From a virus: 64,000 nt of DNA. Under the pieces are notes generated by a model that was given only the letters and a program-made list of their open reading frames with translations, ran no database searches and was not told where the DNA came from. Of the stretch, positions 1-8,400 are shown one piece after another (positions within the stretch are counted from its first letter, which is position 1; every line of letters begins with the position of its first letter). Made by a program: the position numbers and the translations under genes. The stretch spans positions 20,170 through 84,169 of IMG/VR virus record IMGVR_UViG_3300021335_000009; one strand, 5' to 3'.

Positions 1-135
1 AAAGTCTATAAATCTTTAGCTGAGGACTCTTACAATAAGATGCAAGACCTGATTCATTCTTACAATGTTTACCAAGCAGGCCCAAGACAAGTTGGGGGAA
101 TTGAATCTGTAGCCCAACCAACAGGAACTAATTAA
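1..135 (+). CDS. 3' end of a hypothetical phage protein (partial)
   Basis: Frame 1 is open from base 1 (KVYKSLAEDSYNKMQDLIHSYNVYQAGPRQVGGIE...) to TAA at 133-135. Not in the ORF track because the start lies outside the window. Confidence 0.6.
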   Translation, partial: KVYKSLAEDSYNKMQDLIHSYNVYQAGPRQVGGIESVAQPTGTN

Positions 136-202
136 TTTCTTCCAGAGTTTATCTCTGATAGCGTGATCACTGCATAGCGGGGGTTGCGCTTTTTTGTGCA
201 AT

Positions 203-235
203 AAAAAACCCCTTCCCGAAAGAAGAGGTTTTTGT
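203..235. terminator. Bidirectional intrinsic terminator
   Basis: Imperfect hairpin AAAAACCCCTTC...GAAGAGGTTTTT flanked by A and T tracts, between convergent genes. Confidence 0.65.
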
Positions 236-253
236 TTTTATTAATTATTTTGA

Positions 254-1393
254 CTAAGCCTCTCTTGAGTTTCCAAGAACCGCTCCAGCATTAGAGCCAG
301 AAAAGAATACATTATTTACTGTATCTTCTGGACCACCAATCGAAAGAGAAAAAGTTAAATCAACTGTTTTGTTTGGCCCGATGCTAGAACTAAATGACTC
401 CGTATCAAGTTTTAAGTTTGTCATTTTGTAAGAAGCTCTTGGCGTGTTTCCTGTATCAGAATCCTTAAAAGTAAATTGAAGCTCGCTAATGAACCCGTCA
501 TCATTAATAATATCAGTTAAGGCTCTTGTTTGAGTTTCGGAAACAATAGCAGAAACAGAAAGAGTTGGATTAATTGGAAAGTCAACAACACGAGCAAAAG
601 AAAAACGAGTTCCTAACCTGTCAATTGGGCTTCTTCCAAGAGGGATTGACATAGAAACACTTTGTACGTGAGCCCCACCAGCGCCATCTAAATCAACAAT
701 TGTGTCTCCATCTGCATTTGCAAAAGACAACTCAATATCTCCAGGTCTTAAAGCAGAAGGAATGTTTGCACCTGTTCCTTCGGAAGCGGCAGGAAAAACA
801 ACGCCTAAAGCTTGGTCTGCTAAAACTGTGCCAACTTCAGGATCAATACCAACTCCAGAAATGCCAGAATACCCATTGCTTGATCCAGATACATCTGCTG
901 TAGCGTTCATATTTGTACCTTCATAAGATACTGTGATTGTTGGAATTGAACCTACCGAAGCCTCAAGGGAGTAGTCAGTTAAGAATGCATTACCAACTCC
1001 AATAGTATTATAATTTGCAGAAGTTGTATTGAAGTTTGCGTCAACACCTTCTGGAGCGGTTAAAATGTAAAGATTTTGCCCACTTGTCGAAGAAATTTGT
1101 CCAGAAATAAATCCAGCATCAAGACTTGCTCCGTTTTTGAATTGAAGAGCCTGCTCGTTAAAGCCGTCACCTAGAAAGTAAGACATGTCAAAAGAAACAG
1201 TGGGAGCTTCAAGAATGATAGATTCAAGTCTTGCAAGCTGACCAAACTGATTAACGTCCTGACGAGGAACATTAAAAGAATAATTAGCAGATTGTACTCT
1301 GCGAAGTTGTGCGTGTTCGCTATCTCCAGTAGAATTTACTGTTTGACTTGCGAACAATGCGTCGGATTGATAAATAACTCTATTTTTAGCCAT
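254..1393 (-). CDS. Major tail tube protein (putative)
   Basis: 379 aa, acidic and S/G/T-rich, two internally similar halves (RVQSANYSFNVPRQDVNQFG / HVQSVSMSIPLGRSPIDRLG). Follows neck genes and has its own terminator. Confidence 0.65.
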   Translation of the reverse strand: MAKNRVIYQSDALFASQTVNSTGDSEHAQLRRVQSANYSFNVPRQDVNQFGQLARLESIILEAPTVSFDMSYFLGDGFNEQALQFKNGASLDAGFISGQISSTSGQNLYILTAPEGVDANFNTTSANYNTIGVGNAFLTDYSLEASVGSIPTITVSYEGTNMNATADVSGSSNGYSGISGVGIDPEVGTVLADQALGVVFPAASEGTGANIPSALRPGDIELSFANADGDTIVDLDGAGGAHVQSVSMSIPLGRSPIDRLGTRFSFARVVDFPINPTLSVSAIVSETQTRALTDIINDDGFISELQFTFKDSDTGNTPRASYKMTNLKLDTESFSSSIGPNKTVDLTFSLSIGGPEDTVNNVFFSGSNAGAVLGNSREA

Positions 1394-1435
1394 AATAATT
1401 TATTGTATTTACAGTTAATGTTTGTGAATGTGAAA

Positions 1436-2284
1436 TTAAGACCTTGGAAATCTTGCCGTCGAAACATCAAAATCTATAAAGCCTACTTTAAGACTTCCAG
1501 GAATGCCGTTTTGAGCTCTTTCTGAAAATTTTGAAACAGTTACATCTTCTATGTAGTATGTTCCATTATGAGAATTATTTTGGCAAATATCGGCGTAATT
1601 ATATGAGCCATTTTTAATATCTCCATACTCAGTTGAAGGGTGTCCAGTAAAGGGAATTTTATTAATATACGCCCTTGAAGAATCTGCAAATATAGACAAA
1701 ACGCCGTCGAGTTGATAATCATTTTCTGCTAAAACTACTGCTTTGATTGTACTTGTGGTTAAATCTTCGCCCCCAAAAGCAAACCCTTCATTTTTCATAA
1801 ATTCGCAATTTATAAAAATAGCTGGAATCATTTGGTCATAAGGAGCAACTCCACTAGGAACTTGATCGTATCTAGAATTTAATTCAAATTTGCCTTCTAG
1901 TATTAAGTTCTCTTCGGTTTCATTAGTGATATAAATGTTAAAATCTTTTACGCAAAAAGATCCTGTAATAGTTTCGCTATCAGAAAAATTTCCTCCTGTT
2001 TCTATTATTCTCCCATTTTCAAAATCAAAAATTAAATCGTCGCTTCTTCCGCTTCCGTTAAATCCTGTCGGTATAATTGGATTTGTGTCTCCAGAAACAG
2101 AAGAATCATTTACCCATTGTTTGTAAGGGCTTGCGTACGCTTTGTAAGAAGACGGGAGCCTGCTGTCTTCAAAATGATAAAAAGCTCCTGTTTTGTTTGA
2201 ATAAGCCTCTCCTTTTTGTAAAAGGTTGTTATCAAACCATAAAGAAAAGCTTGTCATTAATTCGTGTTGATATTGCGGTTTGAT
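1436..2284 (-). CDS. Tail terminator/completion-like virion protein; probable non-canonical ATC start at 2284 (ORF-track ATG at 2257)
   Basis: Position between neck genes and tube gene. In-frame IKPQYQHEL extension preceded by AAGGAGGT. Confidence 0.55.
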   Translation of the reverse strand: MKPQYQHELMTSFSLWFDNNLLQKGEAYSNKTGAFYHFEDSRLPSSYKAYASPYKQWVNDSSVSGDTNPIIPTGFNGSGRSDDLIFDFENGRIIETGGNFSDSETITGSFCVKDFNIYITNETEENLILEGKFELNSRYDQVPSGVAPYDQMIPAIFINCEFMKNEGFAFGGEDLTTSTIKAVVLAENDYQLDGVLSIFADSSRAYINKIPFTGHPSTEYGDIKNGSYNYADICQNNSHNGTYYIEDVTVSKFSERAQNGIPGSLKVGFIDFDVSTARFPRS

Positions 2285-2316
2285 AGATACCTCCTTGTTT
2301 AAAATATGTTTTACAC

Positions 2317-2901
2317 TCAGAATTGAAGTGCGGAAAATTCTTTTTCATATCTTTTTATAAAATCAGATATGTATTTTATGTTTTTGAATTTTATTCCTTT
2401 TTGTGTCCTATATTGACTTTGAATACCAAAGCCAGCTCTACTACTGTCGCTTGTTTTTGCTATGTACCACCCAACTCCAGAAATTCCTGTTTCTATTCCT
2501 TTCGCCCAACTACGTCCAGGAGCCCAAGGCATAGGAGTTACTTGAAAAATATCTTTCGCTGTCGGCAAATTGACTCTATATTTTAAAGTTTTTCCCGAAT
2601 ATCCAATGTAACTTAAAAATGTACTTTCTAAAAGGGTTAATATAGGCTTAATAGGTTCTTCTCCTGAATCAAAACCAATAAAAGAAAACAAATTACCTCT
2701 TTTCCCTGATAAAGTTTTGCTTATGTTTTTTGCTGTAATTCCTTCTGAAAGCTCTAGAGTCACTGGATGATCCAAAAATTCTTCAATCATTTCTCTTTTT
2801 TTATTCTCAAAAGATCTTTCTACTTCAACTGTTATTAAAGACTGAGAATCTTTGACTAATTTTGAGGTGATTTCTTTTTGTAATTGAAAATTTTTCATCA
2901 C
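2317..2901 (-). CDS. Neck/tail completion protein (putative)
   Basis: 194 aa with GNLFSFIGF and PWAPGRSWAKGIETGISG segments. Function inferred from synteny. Confidence 0.45.
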   Translation of the reverse strand: MMKNFQLQKEITSKLVKDSQSLITVEVERSFENKKREMIEEFLDHPVTLELSEGITAKNISKTLSGKRGNLFSFIGFDSGEEPIKPILTLLESTFLSYIGYSGKTLKYRVNLPTAKDIFQVTPMPWAPGRSWAKGIETGISGVGWYIAKTSDSSRAGFGIQSQYRTQKGIKFKNIKYISDFIKRYEKEFSALQF

Positions 2902-3356
2902 TCTTCAATTGGCGATAAATAAAAATGATAATATTGTGGCCCAAAAATACCAGTAGGATTTCCTTTGCTGTTTATAGTGTATTTTCTACCTTCAAATTCG
3001 CATCGTTTTGCTTTTTTTAATAATCTAAATCCATCTTCATCTACAGTAATCCTTACAGAGCCGCTAATTAATTGAATATCTAATTGAGAATCAATATCTC
3101 CGTCTGTTAGTCTTTTTTCTTTTGAATTTATATATTTGATTCTTGCTTGAATTGTATGACTTACTACGATTCTTTGGACTGTTTCAGCTCCGCTTGAGTT
3201 TCTTGAGTATATACTATTAAACTCGGAGCTTGAAGAAATTAATACTTTTTCGCCATCTTCGAAGACTTTAATCTCTCTAGCAAAGGTGCTATGTATATCA
3301 TCTATAATACTTTTGATTGTATTTTTTTGAGAATCCGAAATTAAAGAATTTGCCAT
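2898..3356 (-). CDS. Head-tail joining/head closure protein (putative)
   Basis: 152 aa beta-rich, ends CEFEGRKYTI...YYHFYL like head-closure proteins. ATGA overlap with the next gene. Confidence 0.5.
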   Translation of the reverse strand: MANSLISDSQKNTIKSIIDDIHSTFAREIKVFEDGEKVLISSSSEFNSIYSRNSSGAETVQRIVVSHTIQARIKYINSKEKRLTDGDIDSQLDIQLISGSVRITVDEDGFRLLKKAKRCEFEGRKYTINSKGNPTGIFGPQYYHFYLSPIEE

Positions 3357-3364
3357 ATCTGTAT

Positions 3365-3384
3365 TTACACAAAAAAAAGTGTAA
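3365..3384. promoter_or_regulatory. Back-to-back GTGTAA promoter motifs (TTACAC-A8-GTGTAA)
   Basis: TTACAC 3365-3370 lies 8 nt from the minus-strand ATG at 3356. GTGTAA 3379-3384 faces the gene at 3409. Confidence 0.65.
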
Positions 3385-3408
3385 CCTATTACAGGAAAAA
3401 GGAAAATT

Positions 3409-3699
3409 ATGATAGCAAAGGATTTTTTAAATGATCGTTCAGACCATTATATACGTTTTTTATTTAAATCGTTTTTAAATATTTTAGAAGACTTACAATC
3501 TCACCATGAGATAAATTTTGAAAAACTTTATGACAGTTTGCCAAAAGAATATCACGATTTGATTGATATGGCAGACTATTTTGACGAAGATTATTTTTCA
3601 AACTACAGAAAAAAAGTATTAGATCTTGGAAATTCTGTTTTAAGGGATTATAATAATGAAGTAGAGAATCTAACTGTTGAGTTCAGATTTAAGCAATAA
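3409..3699 (+). CDS. Hypothetical protein
   Basis: 96-aa ORF with phage-like codon use, downstream of a GTGTAA motif. Confidence 0.7.
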   Translation: MIAKDFLNDRSDHYIRFLFKSFLNILEDLQSHHEINFEKLYDSLPKEYHDLIDMADYFDEDYFSNYRKKVLDLGNSVLRDYNNEVENLTVEFRFKQ

Positions 3700-3704
3700 A
3701 TATT

Positions 3705-4427
3705 ATGAAAACTATTTACGAATTCACCTTAAAGAAAAAAGTCAAAAAACAAGTAGAGCAAAAAAGAACGACAAAAGATGGAGAAGAAGAAATTGTCCTT
3801 GTCAATAAGACTGTTTCTGTTCCTGTAAAGTTTGTCGTAAAAAAACCTACTAGAAGGCTAGTAGATGACGCTGAAGTTTTTTATTCCGTTCAATTAAGCA
3901 AAGCTATTAAAATGGGTATTGTTACAAAAGCAATGCTTGTCAAAAAATATGCCGACAATGGAGGGGCTTTGTCAGAAGAAGAGAATAAGCATTTATTAAA
4001 GTCTTTGAAGGCTTTAAATGATATGCAAAATGAATATCAACTATTAGAGGTTTCAAAGAAAAAAGAAGACGAGCAAAAAAAAGAAGAGTTAAAATTAAAA
4101 ATAGTTTCTCTTCAAAGGGAAATGCAAGAATTAGAAGCTTCTCTTCAATCTGTTTACGAACACACTGCTGATGCAAAAGCAGAGCAAGAGACTCTTTTGT
4201 GGTATGCCTCAAATCTAGCACAAATAGAAACAGAAGGAGGATTTAAGGACTTTTTTGAAGGAGATGATTTCGAAGAAAAAAGAGAAGATCTTTATGAAAA
4301 ATTCGAAGATGAAAAAGGGTTTGATTACGAAGCTACTTCTATAATTTGCAAAGTAATTGGTTATTGGGTTTATAATCAAAATTGCGAAAAGAAGGATATA
4401 GAAAAGTTCATCAAAGATGGACAATGA
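3705..4427 (+). CDS. Tail assembly chaperone-like coiled-coil protein
   Basis: 240 aa, charged and helical, two genes upstream of the tape measure. Confidence 0.5.
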   Translation: MKTIYEFTLKKKVKKQVEQKRTTKDGEEEIVLVNKTVSVPVKFVVKKPTRRLVDDAEVFYSVQLSKAIKMGIVTKAMLVKKYADNGGALSEEENKHLLKSLKALNDMQNEYQLLEVSKKKEDEQKKEELKLKIVSLQREMQELEASLQSVYEHTADAKAEQETLLWYASNLAQIETEGGFKDFFEGDDFEEKREDLYEKFEDEKGFDYEATSIICKVIGYWVYNQNCEKKDIEKFIKDGQ

Positions 4428-5391
4428 TCTAAGCCTAGAGATAGTTTCTGAAATTTTGCAAGGAGTTACTGTACTAAGTAGCTCCTTTGGTTCTTTATAC
4501 CTAAAACACTTGTCCCAATTCGACCAAAGAGAGTTAATATCTAAATCCAAGCTATTTAAAAAAGAAGCTTTGTCAAAAGGATTATCTACCGAAAAAGACG
4601 CTTTACAAGATTTGATAAAACACGAAATTTGGTCAGAAAAAAACGAGGAAAAAATTAAAAATCTAAATTTAGAAATAGAAAATTTAAAAAAAATAAATTC
4701 TCAGTTAATTTTGCCATCCAAAAAAAAGGAGATGCAAAAACAATTAAAAGATAAGCAAAACGCTTTGATTTTAATTAGCGCCGAAAAAGAAGACCTACTT
4801 GGACTTACAGTAGAAAAATATTCAAACAACAAAATACAAAAAAATATTGTAAGCAATATGCTTTTTTACGATAAGCAGTTTACAAAAAGTGTTTTTGAAG
4901 ATTTGTATGTTGATGAAATGTCCAAAGAAGTAGAGGTTTATAAAATTCAAAAAAGTTTTTTCGAAAAATTTAATGACGATTCTATATCTAAGGCTGCTTT
5001 AAGTGATAATTTTTCAGTTTATCTTCCTTTTTGTGAGGATGTTTTAGGTGTTTTTGGCAAGCCCTTGTCGCAATTAACCACTTATCAATTAAAGTTAATA
5101 TCTTTTGGTAGGTATTTTTTAAATATTTTTAAAAACTCTACTAAAGAAATTCCTGAAAACGTAGCAAAAGACCCAGAGCTTTTAATAAGTTTTTACGAAA
5201 ATCAAAAAGAAGGGTCAAAAAGACATACTTCAAAATCAGATGAAGGAGGATCTACTTATTTTGGGGCAACAAAAGAAGATTTAAAGTCAATTAAAGCTGA
5301 TGATGAAAATGTTGTTGTTTTGTCAGAAGAAATAAAAAAACAAGGAGGATCTTTAAATATGCAACAAATGATGGATTTACATAAAATATAA
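4417..5391 (+). CDS. Tail assembly chaperone-like protein 2
   Basis: 324 aa immediately before the tape measure gene. Confidence 0.5.
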   Translation: MDNDLSLEIVSEILQGVTVLSSSFGSLYLKHLSQFDQRELISKSKLFKKEALSKGLSTEKDALQDLIKHEIWSEKNEEKIKNLNLEIENLKKINSQLILPSKKKEMQKQLKDKQNALILISAEKEDLLGLTVEKYSNNKIQKNIVSNMLFYDKQFTKSVFEDLYVDEMSKEVEVYKIQKSFFEKFNDDSISKAALSDNFSVYLPFCEDVLGVFGKPLSQLTTYQLKLISFGRYFLNIFKNSTKEIPENVAKDPELLISFYENQKEGSKRHTSKSDEGGSTYFGATKEDLKSIKADDENVVVLSEEIKKQGGSLNMQQMMDLHKI

Positions 5392-5405
5392 GTGTAATAA
5401 TTTTT

Positions 5406-8400
5406 ATGTCGGTTCAAGTAGGAGTAAGTTTAAGTCCAGTAGATACAAGAAAAGTTGACGCTGCTTTAGTAAGAATTCAGTCTGCGGCTAAAGGTGTTAG
5501 TTTTGGAGGCGGAGCTAAGTCTATTGAAAAGCTGTCAAGACCTCTTGGCAAAATCACTGGGCAAGCCACAGAGTTTCAAAAATCACTAGAAGCTTCTAAT
5601 GCCCGTGTTATAGCTTTTGGTGCTTCTGTCGCTGTCATAAATAAACTTTCAGAAGCTTTTGCGGCTCTTGTTCAAAATACAGTTAAAGTTGAAGCTACTT
5701 TTGCAAAAATAAATATTATTCTTGGAGGAACTCAACAGCAATTAGAAGAATTTGGAAATGGTATTTTTTCCGTAGCAAAAAAAACAGCAACTTCTTTTGA
5801 CGAGGTTGCTGAAGGGGCTTTAGAATTAGCTCGTCAAGGTTTAGGTGTTGAAGAATCTTTATCAAGGGTTGAGACTGCTTTAAAACTTGTTCGCGTATCT
5901 GGTATAGATTCTAAGCAGGCTGTTGAAGGTTTAACGGCTGCTGTTAAAGGCTTTTCTGACAGTGGAATAACAGTGGCTCAAATTGCAGATAAACTGGCAG
6001 AGGTTGATACTAAATTTGCTGTTTCTACTGAAGATTTAATTAATGGTCTAGAAAGAGCCTCTGCTTCCGCTCGTGTTGCTGGGGTTTCTTTTGATGAACT
6101 TCTTGCTGCTGTAACCACTGTTCAAGAAAGAACTCAACGTGGCGGTGCTGTTATCGGTAATGCTTTTAAAACTATTTTTGCTAGATTAGGAAGAGTAGAT
6201 ACCTTGGCCGTATTAGAAGATTTAGGGATTAATGTTTTAGACGTACAAGGAAATGTTAGAGCGGCGGTCCCTTTATTTGAAGAACTTGCTGCAAAACTAG
6301 AAGGAATTGGTCTAAAAAGCGTAGAAGCAGGCAAAATTATACAAGAGGTTGCTGGTGTTAGACAGAGAGATATTTTAATTAGTTTAATTGAAGATTTAAA
6401 TTCGGGCCAAAGTCAATTTGCTGCGGCTTTAAACGTGTCTGCTACTGCTGCTGGAGGTTTAGATAAAAAAAATGAATCTTTAAATAAAACTCTAGAAGCT
6501 TTAATTAACAATTTAACAGTCGGATCTCAAAAACTAGCTTCTGTTATTGGGGATTTAGGATTTACAGAATCAGCAAAAGACATTTTAAAAGCAATTTCTT
6601 CTGTAGTAAATGGAATTACTGATTTACTAAAAGGGGATTCAGTAGGGGCTAAATTTGCACAGGGAATTGTTAAGGGGATTGGTAGTATTTTAACTGGACC
6701 TGGAATAGCTTTAATTGGAGCAATATTTGTAAAACTTTTTGTTGATTTAACTAGGTTCGGAGCAAATTCACTAAAAAATATTTTAGGAGTTAATAAAGCA
6801 GCTCAAGAACAAAAAGCTCTTCAATCGTCTGTTCTTCAAACTCTTTTGCAAAACGAAAACATCCAAAAAGAAATTTTAAATCTTGAAGGAAATAAAGTAG
6901 CGCAAGAACAGCTTCTTTTAAGAATCTACAATGATCAAATTAAAGCCTTAGAAAAAGTTAAAAAAGCTGCGGCGACTGTAACCCCTGGTCTTTTTGCTGC
7001 TGGCCTTAAAGGAGGCGAAAAAGGTGTTACAAAAAGAGCTGCCGATGGATACATAGCTTCAGAAAAACGCGATGTGGCCAATGGTGTTGGCGGAGCTCCG
7101 TCAAGTGCAAAAGTAGTATCTATTCCTAATTTTGCTTTCGGAGGTGGTAAAAAAGGAACAATGATAGCTAATACTAGCGAGTATTATGTTCCGAATTATG
7201 CTGGAGGTGGAGACGCTATATTTAATCAAGACATGGTTAAAACAATGGGTCTTCCTGCTGGAGCTAAAAAAATAAATGCGGCTGGAGGATTTATTCCTAA
7301 TTTTAGTATTTATTCTGATTTGTTAAAAAGAGCGCAAGACAGAAAAAGAGGCATAGACTCTAGTATCGCATCTAACCTTAGAAAAAACAAAATAACACAA
7401 AAAGAAGCTGAAGAATTAACCAAAATAGCTCAAGATGCTAGATCTGGCGCTGCCCCATCGATAGCTGTACAGCAAAAACAAAGAGAGAAGAAAAAAGAAG
7501 AAAAAGAAGCTTCTACTCTTTTTGATCGTAGAACTTTAATGATAATTCCTAGAAAAAGTAAAAAATTACAGGATGAGTATGGAATTCATAAAGGGCGACG
7601 AGTTGGATTTAAAGTAGCTGGATACGACAGCTATGAACAAGCTAAAGGCAAGCTTTTAAATGACGAGGAAATAGATAGAAAATTAGAAAATTTTGCATTA
7701 AATCTTGCTAACTCCGAATCCGCCAAAATCGGAAGCCCAATAAAACCAGAAAGATTAAGAGAAATTCCAAACAAAGGAGCTTTATCAGCCTTATCGGGAG
7801 TTATATTTGAAGCTTCTTTGGCGTCCATTATAAAATCAAAAGATTTTGTAACAAACAATGCTAGATTTGATTTCGTAGGAAAAGATAAAGCGTCTAAGTT
7901 AAGAAAATCTTTGTTTTCTACAATACCAAATACAGCAACTCATATAGATGCGAAAATTAGACCATCTAAAGACAACAATGAAAGCTTTGCTAGTAAGGTT
8001 TTAAGTCTAAACGCTTCAAAAGGATACATTCCTAATTTTGCGTCTAATCCATTAGAAGATGCTATAGCCAGAGAAAAAGCCGCTGGACTTCCAATTAATC
8101 AAATCAGGATTAATCAAAGCGGAAAACTTCGAAATTCTCAAAACCCAATGGGTCTTGCTGTAACTAATACAAGAGATGAGCCAACTGGAAGAATTCCAAA
8201 TTTTGCACAAATGTCTCTGGAAGAGGCTAAAAAAAACATGTCTCCAAAACAAATTTTATCTGGCTTTGCAGGCACACAAGCAAAGTTGGACTTTGCTGAC
8301 GAATTATCAAAAAGCGCTGAAAAAGCATCTTCATCTTTAGACACTTCAGTTACAAAAATTCTTGCTTTTCAGCTTGCGATGTCAGGCTTAACTAGCACGA

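Noticed and set aside
4380-4427. Programmed -1 frameshift joining the two tail chaperone genes
   Set aside because: The second ORF is in the +1 frame, has its own ATG, and no clear slippery heptamer was seen.
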